A stretch of DNA of 64,000 bases. It comes from Paraphysomonas bandaiensis. Taxonomy: Eukaryota > Protista > Chrysophyceae. The notes under the pieces are model-generated. The model saw only the letters and a program-made list of their open reading frames with translations. It made no database searches and had not been told where the DNA came from. How positions within the stretch are numbered: the stretch's first letter is position 1; each line of letters starts with the position of its first letter. The translations under genes were made by a program, and so were the position numbers. This document shows positions 1 to 13,329 of this stretch, piece after piece. The stretch is from NCBI GenBank assembly GCA_965644295.1, contig CBFFRP010000109.1, positions 1 through 64,000 of the forward strand, written 5' to 3'.

Positions 1-406
1 GAGGAATAATGCGAAACTTAGCCATGTTTTCCAGAGTGGAATACCTCGGCTGACGTTTGTGTTTCGACGCGCGTTTGGTAACCTTTTGCCGCTGATGTGA
101 GCCCACAGAAGCCTGAGACTGACTGCTCTCACCATCCTCAACATTTTGTACTCTATCCTCCAATATTTGCATCCTGCTGCTGAGGTTAGACACTGCAGTA
201 GCCACCTCTGTAAAAGACTGAGACATGGCACGAACTGTGTCCAAAATCTCCTGGTTTGGATTGATGTTTGGAGCAGAAGACTCCTGAACGACATCCTGCA
301 CACCTCCAGCAGCATCTTGTTTGGTTTCACCACTACCAGCGGCTTCCTGATCTTTCCCAGGAGTTTTCTTGCCGCCTCTCCTCGTTTTACCAGTCGGAGT
401 AGACAT
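1..406 (-). CDS. 5' part of a gag-like ORF of an LTR retrotransposon (runs off window start)
   Basis: Minus-strand ATG at 406 opens a frame with no stop to position 1 (MSTPTGKTRRGGKKTPGKDQ...LSSRMQILEDRVQNVE...RYSTLENMAKFRIIP), so it is absent from the ORF track. Disordered N-terminus plus short coiled coil; lies downstream of a candidate LTR+PBS. Confidence 0.55.
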   Translation of the reverse strand, partial: MSTPTGKTRRGGKKTPGKDQEAAGSGETKQDAAGGVQDVVQESSAPNINPNQEILDTVRAMSQSFTEVATAVSNLSSRMQILEDRVQNVEDGESSQSQASVGSHQRQKVTKRASKHKRQPRYSTLENMAKFRIIP

Positions 407-707
407 GGTTAATGAGAAGAACTTCCGCCTCAAAGACTATATCCACCAAACTTTTCCCTAACACACTGAGACAAGCAACCCTGGCAACTCCTAGAACCAC
501 TGACCCAGAACTCAACAACACACCAAGACACCACAAGACAAATCCCAAAGACAACCCTGCGTAAGAATCCAAAAACTCAACACTCAACACTCAACACTCA
601 AAACCCGTTGAACCCGTCGGATTTGTACAAGTGACAACAGTTAACACACAGGCGGTATCCACGGTCGATTGACTTCGAAAAGAACCGAATTTCCTCAGTC
701 ACCACAC

Positions 708-1156
708 TGTGTATCAAACAATCACCACTGAACAAAGAGCCTAGAGAACAACTACTGACAACTCACACCCAGAGAACAACAGACAACCAACAACCACAGG
801 CAACCGAAGGCAACAGACAACAAGCCCAAAGAATCAAGCCCAAAGAAGCGTGTCGCAGTTAGTTTCTTATAAGAGTGTGAAACAACAGCGCAAAGACAGA
901 AATTTCTGTACGAGCAGTAAAGTAAATATTTACTATAACAACACCCGGTTTGATAACCAGGGTGTTGGCTCGTAAACAATAGTACTACTATAACACCTAC
1001 ACTGAACCAACAAAGAACAGTAATAACGGTATTATTATTAAAACACTTTTCTAAGTCTAGACCTAAACTTAGTTAGTGACCCCCGCAAAGAGCCACCGCG
1101 CAATGGTATACCGCCGGTACCCAAGTTCACTAGCACCAAGCTTTGGTCTAACCACA
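708..1156 (-). mobile_element. Candidate 5' LTR (~450 bp) of an antisense LTR element inserted in the copia integrase; PBS candidate at ~690-704
   Basis: On the minus strand it begins TGTG(GTTAG) at 1156 and ends (GATA)CACA at 708, followed after 3 nt by TGGTGACTGAGG (tRNA-CCA-complementary, Trp-like TGGTGAC). Copia integrase similarity stops abruptly at ~1156. Confidence 0.5.
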
Positions 1157-4038
1157 CGCCAGAAGACAACCCCATACAAGAACGACCATGGCGCACGACC
1201 AAGGAAAGAACGCTTGCATCCATTTGCAACTCGGGCCTACCACCCAACTTCTGGGAACAGGCTATGTCCACCGTCACGCATATGAAAAATCGCCTGCCAT
1301 GCGCCACTGCAAAGGGATTCATATCACCGTATCAGTTCATCCACGACGAGGCCCCCGATTTATCTTACGCCAGGATTTGGGGCTGCAAATGCCATACATT
1401 CATAGACAAGTCTCAGAGAAGAAACGATTGGTCTCCACATAGCCATATTGGGTACTTCATGGGATACCGAGAAGATGGACCAGGGTACGTCATATATGTA
1501 CCTTCACTCAAGGACTTCGTAATCTCAAGTCACGTCTTTTTCAATGAGTGCATCCCCGACGTCAAGGAAAACTACTACGCTGAAATCGAATCATCACTGA
1601 GAGAAGAAAATTCAGAGAATCGAACAACCGAGAGCTTCCAATACCTCGTTGGAATGACCCACACAGATCCACAGGATGGCCTCCAATACATCACGACAAG
1701 AATCACAGTCATCAAAGGCCACGTGGCTGCTTACAGAGGATTGGCCCCACGAGAAAATGAAGGGCGAGTCATCGAGTTAAATGACCCAATACACGCTGCG
1801 GACATCGAAAGATACACCGCCGAGCACTTCAGTTATCAGAACGCGGTATCACCCCCGCAAGAGGAACCAGGATGCCCCGTGGAAGGAACAGCTCCAGGGA
1901 GGAGCAGTTCAACCGACAGCCGTCATGACGCCACACGGGGCGGGAGTCACAGCCATTTGAGAGGACCCTACTCAAATGAAAAGGAGGCAAGGCCTCGCCG
2001 CACAGCAGAAGCTCAGCGGAATACAGTGCCGAAGGAGGCACGGGGTGACAACAAGCGTGATCACCCTGCTCATAAGGTCAAACGAGCTATCAAGACTGTG
2101 AATTCCCAGGGTGACAGGAGCCGGCAAAGCCCGGATGGCACAATTACGGGTGTAAGGACACCCCACCGACACAAGGTGAGCCGTTGCGTAAAGAAAAGTC
2201 TCCACAGCAAGAGGCAGACCAGGAAAAGGGTAATCATGAATGTACACAAATTCGGTGATAATATATACCACTGTGATGTTGATAAAAGATATTTGTACAA
2301 CCACAAAACACCTGATACACATGATAGTTACAGAACATTATACATGAATGATGTTGACATCATTATGCATGCAAATGACACATGTAGCAATGATGTACCT
2401 AACACACCTAACAATGTTGGCGAGGCACTATCAGGCAGGTACAAGGAACAATGGCTGAAAGCCATCAACAAAGAAATCAAGTCTCTAGAGAGCAAAGGCT
2501 GTTGGAGGATAACGACACCACCAGCAAATTCCAACATTATAAGGGGAAAATTCGTGTTTAGGGTAAAGGTCAAGCGAGATGAGGTTACCTTCAAGGCGAG
2601 GTTAGTGGCTCAAGGTTTCTCCCAGGTCGAGGGTAAAGACTACAACGAAACCTACAGCCCAGTCGCAAAGGCCACATCAATGAGAACAGTCATAGCACTA
2701 GCAACTATACTTGGGTTGGAGCTTCACCAGGTAGATTTCTCCACTGCTTACATCAATGCAGACCTCCAAGAGGAAATTTACATGTATCCACCCGCTGGTC
2801 TCAATGTTCCAAACGGTAAAGTCCTCAGACTTCTAAAGAGTATATACGGACTCAAACAGTCCGGGTTAAATTGGTATAAATGTTGTACTAATTATTTGTT
2901 AGACTGTGGTTTTACCAGATTAGTGTCCGACCCGTGCATATTCACGAAATCAATCAATGGTCGACCCATAATTCTGGCAGTTTACGTCGATGACATCATT
3001 ATCGCCGGTAAAAGTAGGACTGACATCATCCAAATCAAGAATTCGTTAGCTGAAAAATTCGACATTCATGATCTCGGCCTCCTAGATTACTACCTCGGCA
3101 TATTCGTCAAACAGGATATACAGAATCGAACTACGACACTAAATCAATCTCAATACATACGGAACCTACTCCACAGATTCAACATGGAAGATTGCAAGCC
3201 ACGTAGTCACCCCATGACAACAAATTTTCATATAGACATTCTCGAAAAGAAACAACTATCTCAAGAAAATCAAGAATTTGTCCAAAATTTTCCTTACAAG
3301 GAGCTCATAGGTTCACTTATGTATATTGCTGTGTGCACTAGACCTGATATTGCATATGCTGTAAACACCCTTGCTCGTTTCAGTACTAATCCAAATCTAA
3401 CTACATGCAAAGCCGCATTAAACATACTTAGGTACCTCAAAGGCACTATCGATCAAGGTCTACAGTACTCCGGGAAGTCTGTTACTTTAACTGGATTCGC
3501 TGACAGTGATTGGGCACGCTGTAACTTGACTCGCAGGTCGACCACAGCGTTTTGCTTCTTTATTGGAAATTGTCTCATTTCCTGGCAATCACGACTCCAG
3601 ACCACTGTAGCTCTATCCTCTACAGAAGCGGAGTACATGGCACTATCAACAGCATGTCAAGAAGCTATTTGGCTACGGTCACTACTCTCGGAATTGGGCT
3701 TCCACATGCCATACTCAACAACCATATGGTGTGACAACAAAGGTGCAATTCAACTATGCCTAAACCCCGTACACCACCGACGAACAAAACATATTGCCAT
3801 CAGATATCACTTCATAAGAGAACAAGTCGCATCGCACTCTATTATTGTTGATTACATGCCTACAAACGAGATGCTGGCCGACATTCTAACTAAACCCCTC
3901 ACATCAAACACGTTCCACAGATTGCGGGATTCACTAATGGGGGGGGGAGGTATCAACATACCTGCTAGCAATAAAAGAACAAAAGTATCTATCCCACCGG
4001 CAGAGAACTCAACCAAGAGACCACGATGGATGACTTAG
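1157..4038 (+). CDS. Ty1/copia pol (integrase C-terminal part, SH3-like, RT, RNase H); 5'-truncated by an insertion
   Basis: TPEDNPIQER...LPPNFW..A......KNRLP (end of integrase core), RIWGC/GYFMGY (SH3), FKARLVAQGFSQ, LKSIYGLKQSG, YVDD, TRPDIAYAV, ADSDWA, SSTEAEY, CDNKGAI, RTKHIAIRYHFIRE, ADILTK; order INT-RT-RH. Confidence 0.97.
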
Positions 4039-4194
4039 AGATCTACGGAGTTTCCCACGAGTATGCTGTATGTTGACATCAGTGTAATCCACAATCTGTG
4101 ATTGCACTCGTGGGTTTTACCCTCAGTAGAACTATCTCCAAATATATATACCTATATCCATATTTCTATGTATACGCCATATGATTATTTCATT

Positions 4195-4411
4195 GAGGGG
4201 GAGTATTAGGAGTCATTGATTCACGTATATCTCTTAACGCGTGAATACAACACACATATACAATGAAATACCAAATAGACTGAATAATTACCAAACTATA
4301 CATGATACGCGACTGTACAAGATACGCACATGTGTGTGGTGCTAACGCTCTGCTCAAACGTGTCTTGCTATTATACTATTAGGCCTTATCGTTCAATCTT
4401 TATCTCTAATA
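4195..4411 (+). mobile_element. PPT (4195-4203) and 3' LTR (4204-~4411) of the copia element, with TA...TA termini
   Basis: GAGGGGGAG directly followed by TATTAG; matching inverted end CTAATA at 4406-4411. The 3' boundary is tentative. Confidence 0.6.
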
Positions 4412-4485
4412 ATATCAAGTATATTCTGACTAAATATTAAGACTAACCTTAAATCTTATTTTAGAATGGTTAACTACATCCAATT

Positions 4486-4842
4486 GAGTGGGAGTGTTGA
4501 GTTCTGCTATATATGATGTGATATATATTGTGAAATTGAAGTGAGTTAACAGTGTGCAATAAGCAAAGTCAACTCATAGGTGTAACGGGTGATTATAGTT
4601 ACAAAGGAATTAAATTCAGTTACTGATGTGTGACTATACAAGATATAGAACTGACTGATGAACATATGATAAACAGATGTTGCTAAGAACAGATGTTTCA
4701 ACATATGTTACACGAATATGTAGTGAAGTGTTCAGAATAATAATCATAATTTCTTACTTGAAAGTGCGTTGTGTTCAACAGAGCAAGGTTAAGGTTTACG
4801 TGTAGAGCAAAGTTAACTTCAGTGAAATGTCCAATTCGAACA
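4486..4842 (+). mobile_element. PPT plus 3' LTR (4495-4842) of a second LTR family
   Basis: GAGTGGGAG followed by TGTTGAG...CGAACA; near-identical to the reverse complement of the solo LTR at 13969-14314. Confidence 0.9.
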
Positions 4843-5219
4843 CGTAGTACATCCCATATTATAAGAATGACCTTGATTGAGGTATTATTAGAGTTTTGCT
4901 GTCCCTGTGTGAATGTCTTGCCCCTTTCAAGAGCATGCAAATTATAATAACCACCGTCATAATCTCAATTATAACTTGATCTGAGTTATTACATGCGAAT
5001 TAACTTCACACCTAACAAAATGAGTGCAGTGCTGCAATATACTTCGTTTACAATAACTATTACTATGCGCAACATGCGAACACTTCAGAGACTATTAGTT
5101 GGTCATAGCACATAGATATTTATGGCTGTCAACCACATACCTGCAAGTATTTTTTGACTATATACAACGTATCACGGCAATTAAAGGTCTAAGGCAATTC
5201 ATTGCCATGAATTCGCACA

Positions 5220-6325
5220 TCAATCATCCAGCAACGCAAAAAGCTCTTGGTCACTCATCAACTGCTCAGAGAGTGATGATGTGTGCTCTTGTGTGTTTTC
5301 TTCTGTGTTCCCAGGGCTGTCAAAACAAATACCATCCGAAACAAAATCTGTAGCACCACCATTCTCACTGTTGTTTCTCTGGGATTTCGAACGCGACAAA
5401 ACAATGGGGTACTTGACTGTACCAACGCATGGCTCCACTTTAGTACGATACTTTATTCGGGACGCCATTTTATCTATAGAGTCTGCAGGGTCAGCTTTAT
5501 TTGATAAACCGGAGCATATCATGTTGTCCTAAACAGATAGTCAATGTATACATAACGAGTGCTATAGATGCAATCTTACAATACTGTCATCATAAAGTTG
5601 CTGCTGCTTAGATGGTGTGCGTATTTGAAACTTTGTGACTTCAGATACTGACGATTTTGATGATTTGATCTTCTCCTGTTGGCGAGCATTAACCTGGCTA
5701 CTGGACAAGGTACCCAGTGCCCGCCTCGGTCTGCGTACAAGTATTATTATCGACGTATAACTGCAGGGTACATACTTGACAGGGCGCTGTGATAGTTGTG
5801 GCTTCATGTTGCGGCTACCTGCAAGGTCTGTACGTTTCGAAGATACGTTGGCATTTTCGTCCATTGGGGCTGCGGTAATGTGCGATGATACAGCAGACAT
5901 GTTCCACGTGATATCGCGCTCCCTATATCTCAACCACCTCAGCAATGAATAAAGCTGTTGATTTTTTCCTTTAGAGTGAGCGAAATGCTTTACGTCTGTA
6001 GCAATATAATCGTACAGTTCAGATGGAGCAGGAATAAGTGTGTCAGAGTTGTTGGTGTTGTTGCAGATTTTAGCCGTTGGAAATTACGCACTTGATAGTA
6101 TTCTACATATACAAAACATAACGGTATACCTGGTATACCAAGGAGACTTTTTTCGGTCCCACTTTTGTGTTTTTTCGTATGGAACATGAGTGTAGAGCTT
6201 CGAAATTGTGGTCAAAATGACCACAATTTTTTTATTTCGAGTGGGACCAAATACAGTCCGACAAGTGGAGGGCTGGTCCACTTTGTCAAAAAACGTCTCC
6301 CAGGTATACGTAGGAATTTATTCAT
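5220..6325 (-). CDS. Probable spliced hypothetical protein (boundaries approximate)
   Basis: Co-oriented minus-strand ORF pieces (6084-6281, 5562-5945, 5220-5522) with short GT-AG intron candidates, e.g. GTATGT...CGCAG near 5775-5731. No recognisable domain. Confidence 0.4.
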
Positions 6326-6610
6326 GATATATGATTGGCTGGAAGTGGTTGGTTGATACAAAGGTACAGGTCTGGTGCAGTACACAGCAGGGCTATCAGG
6401 TAGACCAGATACACCCATTGTGGTAACCTGCAGATCTAGACGAGTGCAGATGTGCAACAGATTTCGAATATAAATGATGGAGATCCAGTTACGCATTTAC
6501 AGCAAGCAATCGAATAGTATGTACTACAATGAGGAGATTAGTGTTTTAAGATGATATCGATCTTTTTACAGCAACTGAAATGTGGAAAATACTAGTGTTG
6601 AGGGCCAAGT

Positions 6611-7270
6611 ATGTCTAATAACTCCACAAGTCGTAGCAACGAATTTTGTTCAGAGCTGCAGCTTCGACTTAAGTACCACCTTTATATCAATAGTAGTTGT
6701 ATCATTGCATCTATTCCAAAATTTGCTTCTAACTCGATGTGTAATGAACTGATACAGCTCTGTGAATATTGTGGCTTCGTTCAAGAAAACGATGCATATG
6801 GCTACACACAGGCGACTGTAGATCTTGAGGTTGATAGAACTCCGGAAGTTCGAGAGTGGCTACTCGACAGGCATCTAATTGAGGCCGTTACAAGATGTAT
6901 TAAGTGGTCACACGGGCAAACAATATCGGCATTTGATGATGTTTTTGTTGTAAAATATAACACTTCACCTGGTAAAGGTCAGGTGGAGCTCATCAGACAT
7001 TATGATAGCGGTGATGTGTCTTTCATGGTAGCCTTGTCCCCTCGCTCTGCATATACAGGAGGTGGTACAGAGTTCGATGCTTTACGTCAGGAAGAAAGAA
7101 GCGTTCTCCATTTGGAACAAGGGGAACTACTTATATTTAATGCAGCTCTGTATCACTCTGGTGTTCCTATATTGGCTGGAACAAGATACTTACTAGTAGG
7201 TTTCTGTTACACTTCCGATGAAGCCGCCAGAACAACTGGGAATTTGGATTTGAAGTTGCTGCAGATATAG
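6611..7270 (+). CDS. 2-oxoglutarate/Fe(II)-dependent dioxygenase (prolyl/lysyl-hydroxylase-like)
   Basis: FVVKY, HYD (HxD), GGGTEF, distal H in YHSG, and RY in GTRYLLVGF. Confidence 0.9.
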   Translation: MSNNSTSRSNEFCSELQLRLKYHLYINSSCIIASIPKFASNSMCNELIQLCEYCGFVQENDAYGYTQATVDLEVDRTPEVREWLLDRHLIEAVTRCIKWSHGQTISAFDDVFVVKYNTSPGKGQVELIRHYDSGDVSFMVALSPRSAYTGGGTEFDALRQEERSVLHLEQGELLIFNAALYHSGVPILAGTRYLLVGFCYTSDEAARTTGNLDLKLLQI

Positions 7271-8790
7271 TACGAGAATAGAGTCGTTCGAGGTGTAACA
7301 TGTATTTTCTCCAATAATCGATGAATTTTTATGTGCGCGTATCTTAGACAGTCACAATGTGTAATCAATGGATATCAGAACGACTACGTTTAATACTATA
7401 ATTGGCTAGGTTGAGTCATTTATTGCTTTGACTAGGTTTTTGCACCGAAAATAGTATGACTAGGAAATTCAACCAAATTGACTAGGTTGAATAATATATC
7501 TCTAAGGAATAATATATCTCTAACTATCATGCACAACGGAATAGTTAGAAGTGTAACCACTGATAATGACGACGGCACGTTATGATGACGGTCATGTATC
7601 TTCAACAGATACTTTCTCTAATTCAGTTCATGATATATTTCATTGAACATTATAACTCACAGATACAATCTTATATTAAGCTGAACCCTAATAGTAATAC
7701 AAACATTTGCAGCATCACAGCCCCAGTTCATTTAAAATCAAAACAACCAACATAGACGTAATTAGTGCTGTTACTAGGAGACCACACATAAAAAGTTAAC
7801 ATAGCAGAGTAGCATTAAGTAATAAAACTTTACATACTTTGAAAGTGACTAAATGTATCTAAGTAAGGCTCATTCGATGTGAGCTAGTGTCCACTGCTTT
7901 CCTCCCGCACATTGCACATATACCTATTTATTCATCACGAACCGATGCATACATACATTCTAGTGTTACCTTTTTTATGAGCGCAGTCATTGCAATAGTT
8001 CATTTTCGCTAGTACCTTAGACCTACACAATCTGCACGATCGACTCTCCGGGACCCACTGCTCCGACACTTTTTTTCTTGCCAAAGCCTACACATAGGAA
8101 CAGTAACGATGTAATCAGTATTAAGAATCCTTAATAAACCTTATTGGTCTTTCCAGCTTTCAACCCACCACCTGCCACTTTTAAAAAGCTTTAGTACACA
8201 TATATGTCACACAATGTCGGACACCTGTGTTTTTCGCTCCGTCCTTCCACTTGTCCGGAACGCAAACCTTTGAAAGCCTTTCAGTACATTTATCACACAC
8301 CATTGTTATTTAGTTTCTATTCCTATCGAATATATTAGCTCCACTTCCTGCTGTCACCATATGCTGCTATTGCTAAATGGGGGCAATTCTTTTTTATTTC
8401 TCATGAAGAGCCTCGAACGGTGAGCAACGTTGTCGATAATTCTACACAAAAGCGATTATTGCATCGTAAAAAAAATACAATTTTGTAAGTGAGAGTATTA
8501 CGTAGTACGATCGTAGTAGGATAATGTAATTTTTGAGGAAGGATGGACACAAAAACCGTTGTAAATATGAGCGTTAATTCAATACAAAAATTACAAACTG
8601 AAGAATGAATGTCGTTCACAGTGAGTCTGTTGTCTCATTAGCCTCATAACTTTATAACTTATATCCGAGGGCACTTCTACGACTGCTATATCGTCAGAGA
8701 TCCTTTAACTCCTGTGAGTAGACTAGGTTCCTTTTATTAGAGGTGTAATCTTATAGATCTGTGCAGAGAGTTAACAGATATAATTAACGG

Positions 8791-11700
8791 ATGGGGTGTG
8801 GTACCTCAAAGGAAGATATCGCTAAGTATGTTGCGCTGCAGCAAGAGAGAGATGAAATTGCGTTGGCAAAGTCTGAGCTCGAGAAGAGACTGAAAGATCT
8901 TCAGGAGTTGTTTGATGAGAACGAACTGAAATGCCAGGAACAGCTTAATCTATACCGATTTAAAATTGAAGTACTCGTTCAAATGCTGGCAGTTGAAGAA
9001 AAGAAGCTTCAATCTGCTGTTAAACGTTTAGAGGCTCTAAAGTTGGCCATGCTTAACCAAGTAAATATTCTCAACTCTTGGGACTGTATTACACTTAGAT
9101 GCCATTACACATGTAGGGCTTTTCTGATAAAACGATGTCGAACGTCCTTTTATCGGGAGGTGAATCGCCCACAAAGAAAGAAGGCGAAAAAGCCATATTA
9201 CTTACTTCAGCATTTGACTTGACTGGAGCTATTGATAGACTCTCAACAGAAATGAAGAAATCTGCCGAAGATATTATATTTGCCTTTGCTGATTCTGATG
9301 GAAAGATTGTATCTGCTCTCCCGCGCGAAGATTTCATGAGATACCTTTACAATAGTACGGACACGCTTACAAAAACGGATGTGCAGGTGAAGTACTTTAG
9401 TCATAGTTCTCTTATAACGGTCGTATAGGTACTCTCCCTGCGCTTTTATGATGGATCCACTGTTAGTGTTCCAGAATTTATAGATTTCTTCACATGCAGC
9501 TCGAGCACACGAGTAGCCAAATCTGCGGCTGCCGCTGTTCGTGCTAGTCTTAATATGCTTCAGCTAGAAGCGCCTAAAGACAACCTTGAAGAATGCTCCG
9601 AGACCCTGGCTTCGGGGCAGCAAGAGAGTATGAGTGTGCTCCAACGGTCTATTAGCAAGTTGAGATCACTGTGGGATATAGTAGAGGAAGAGCTCATTTC
9701 TGAGTTTGATGATATTGACGAGAATATTGGTGGTGATAGTATGGTACTTATTGAGACATTCGAGGTGAGAGTGCGCAAAAGTATGGGGCAGGACGATAAT
9801 GTTGTACGCAGGAGGTCCTCGATATCGTTTGTGGGCCTTCAAAGGAAGAAGAGTTGAGGAGATTCGGCGTTGCTGCGCAGGACCGACGCAAGTGGTTGAC
9901 AGCACCAGAGGTAAAACAAATTGTTTCCAGGTAATTCACCCATTCGTGTGAGTTGTTATGCGGGTGCGATTCTTTGATTCTGAAATTAGGTTTGAAATTG
10001 GTCGCCGGGTTGACATCAAAGATTTTATGACCTACTTTCAACAAGCTACTGTTGATGACTCACTCACAACAGTGGCGCCCTTTCGGTTCTCTTCAGAGTG
10101 GGCTACCCTTCGGAGCGTGTCTCGTAAGGAATTGTCTACTGTGAACGCTTTCAAGTCAGGTATCGCTCATCCCAGTGAATCAAGTAAGCCTCGAGGTGTA
10201 GAAGCATTTAAACGAGCTACAAAGAAGATATCGGCAGTTAATGCAATGAAAGGAGGGTCAGCACAAGAGAAGGCGAAACAGTTAATGGTTAATACGGACA
10301 TAAAAGGTTTTTTTTCTCTCCAAGTGGTATATGTATCGTGATACTTGTGCTCCAGACTTTGATTTAGAGGCTAGCAGAAGCACTGCAACTCCTCCCCCTC
10401 TAGCTAAAATTCAATCAGGTGAAATTAATATACGTAGTGCGCCGTATTGCTCTTGACAATATACAAGTAGCCAGTGCGCTTCAAACGGACTCTTTGAACC
10501 CTCCCACACTGCTTCATTCGAAAAGTGCTAGTTCTCTGGCACCTTCAAGCCCTGGGAAGTTGACTTCGAGTCCATCCAAGCGTTTTTTGAAAAAAGAAAA
10601 GTCAATATCTGCAGCCACTCTGGCTATGGTATATTCCCGAGATCCCGAGAGCTTTGCAGCGGTTAGTACCTATTACCTTTTCTGGTGCAATTATATCATA
10701 CGATGTATTGTAAAGGAATTAGAAAAGAGAAGTGAGGCGTCGGCATATCTTTTTACTGACGTTCTCTTGAAGAAACACCTTATGGAGATGTGCCCTGCTG
10801 CTAAAGGTATCAACCTGCTTTTTCTCTTGAATAGGCACGAATAAATGCGACACACAGAGAAAAATGTGGATGAGTTTGTAGCCGGAATGGAGTATCCAGG
10901 AGGCACGTGCTCTGCTGCTGCAGTTGTGGAGTGAGTGATACTATGGAATATACGTTTTCATTATGAGGTATTTGTATAATATGCAGGGCTTTGAATGCAC
11001 TGGTAGAAGGGATTTTTGCCGAACATTACCCTAATCACACACAATCTAAGGCACATGAAGTTATTCACACGGTATGTGTACTTTTCACATCTTCACACTA
11101 TTTACTGTAGAAATAGGCTCAGACTGAGGTTCAGCGGCGCGAAGAAAATATCAGAACTCTAAAGCAACAAGTTCTTTTGGACCCTATCGCTCTGTTCTAT
11201 AAGTAAGGATGATGCAGTTAATACAACGTGTATAAAGTATGGTTTGTAGAAATGACCCGAAAGGGTTTGTTGCTGGTGTAAAGTTGGAAACTCAAGGGGG
11301 GAAAGGAAATGCCGTCAGCAAAGGTGTGTTTTGATATAAATGTGATCCTACATAATTGTATTTCAGATGGCCTCGTGAAAGCAATTCGGAATATCGTCCC
11401 TGGAGTGAATGATAGTGATATCGATCTTCTCCTGGTTAGATGTACTTTTAGTGCATTATATCGGTTTGATAATTGTTTTTTGCTGTAGACGGAATTGGAA
11501 GGCAAAGTTCGCGTGCAGACGAACGACATCTTAGTAACATCTGTAACGACGCACCTCAAGCAGCGTGCGACTGAGAAAGCCAAAATCGAGAAACAAATTG
11601 CTATTGAAGAGAAGGCGCTGGTATATGAGAACCGTTTTATTATGCTCTGCAACTTTGAAATTCTTATTTTCTAGAAAAGTGCCCAAGATCGAGCTGTGAG

Positions 11701-12822
11701 GATGGAAGAGAGAGCAAAGAAAATAGAGGAGTATCACGACAAGGCAAAATTGGACCCCATTTCATCCACCTACAAGTGAGTGAAATACGCAATGATAATT
11801 TTCAACTTATGGAGTACAGACTGGAGCCTAAGTCATTTCAGGCGGATTTGGCGTCACACTCTGTGGATAAGAAGGGAAAGAGTATACATGTTGATACTTA
11901 TGCTAGTGCGATTAAAGCCATTGTTAAAGATTCATCAGAAGTAGACATTGACAAACTCAAGGTAGTATCTAGAAAATATAGTTATGGGCGTGACAAAATC
12001 ATGTAGAGTGACGTTAGATCGAAAATAGACTCTAAAACAAGCACGATACCTCTCTCGGCGATTACATCTGTCCTGAAAACCCGTGTCACTTACGCATTGA
12101 AAAATTACAACCTGGCTAAAAAAGAAGAGGCTGCACAGGTTAACATAATTTCAACTGTTCTTGTTGTATGTAGTAATCGGATATTTATCAGGAAAAAGAT
12201 CGAGCAATTGCTAGCGGCGAAAAACCTGCCGGGGGCGGTTGCTGTGGTGGAAGCACAAGCGGTGTGCATGACCCTAGTAAAGCCCCCAGTGACATACCGA
12301 CTGTTCCCGGTGTACCGAATACAGAGCAGACCGAAGCCAATAAGGAGAATGCAGTCTGTACATTTAATGATTCTGATCCGGAGTCATCATTTAAGTCGCC
12401 TTCTGAAAAGGCGACGCCAGCAATGGGCACGGGTGGATACAAAAGAGGAGAAACCGTGGATACCTTGACGTTTTCAGATGCTGGAAGTGTGCATGAGTAT
12501 AAGAGTGATGATGATAAAAGTCATGATATTTTGCTGGGAGGACCTTCTCGAACTGGGTTCCAAAGACCGAAGAAAACAAACAGGTATAGTTCATGGCGTT
12601 TATATCTAGAAGTTTTGTAGATTCATCAGTGTTTTCTGAAGGATAACCCGATCTAAACGTGTTCCTGCCTCACGTCAACAAAGACTTAGTGATGATGAAT
12701 CATCAAGGGATATGTTTGGAGATGAGTCGATGGATGACAAAGAGAGTTACCGCGGTCGCAATGCTGGCGCTTATTCTTCTGACAATAGTGACGAGGAAGT
12801 CTTTACTTCCTTAAGGAAGTAA
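8791..12822 (+). CDS. Multi-exon hypothetical protein with N-terminal dual-acylation motif, coiled coil and degenerate EF-hand-like segments
   Basis: Starts MGCGTSK; ORF pieces joined by short GT-AG introns (e.g. 9061-9117, 9388-9428); last exon ends DEEVFTSLRK-TAA at 12820-12822. Confidence 0.7.
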
Positions 12823-13329
12823 AACGCGGTATAATTTCATTATACGTACAACAGATTAGTATCACTCGATATGGGTTGTTGACGTTAATGAGCTCAGTTT
12901 AATATTTTAGTTATTTCATTTGTCTTCTGCATGAAAGTACTTACTAGGCGTTAATATACTATATATACTGATTGTTTTACTGGCATTGCGCAAGGAGTAT
13001 GACGATTGTCAGTGAGAGCCTTTACTTCAACTGTTGCTCGTTGTCTACGATGAGTAATTCATTGATAATTTTATGACCTATTCGTATGTGTATTCTTTGA
13101 ATATTGTCTTTTTCACTACTTCGTGTCAATCTGAGATCCATCAGTTTACGCTATCAACTTTTAACATTTGATACAAGTACGTAACTGAAATTAAACGCGA
13201 CACACTCCCAAGTAAGGTGCTTGCTGTGACAGGAATAGGAATTGTCTCGACTAGTGTCCATACAATTACAGAAGTAAGGTTAACACCAGCTTGACCTCCA
13301 CGACAACGTTTGTACATTGTTTGACGAAC

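Noticed and set aside
575-601. (CTCAACA)n repeat, the reverse complement of the LTR start TGTTGAG; possible telomeric repeat
   Set aside because: Only 3-4 copies within a CA-rich leader; no support as telomere or LTR ends.
1075-1130. GC-rich stretch as a tRNA or ribozyme
   Set aside because: Could not fold a cloverleaf or find hammerhead/HDV core motifs by eye.
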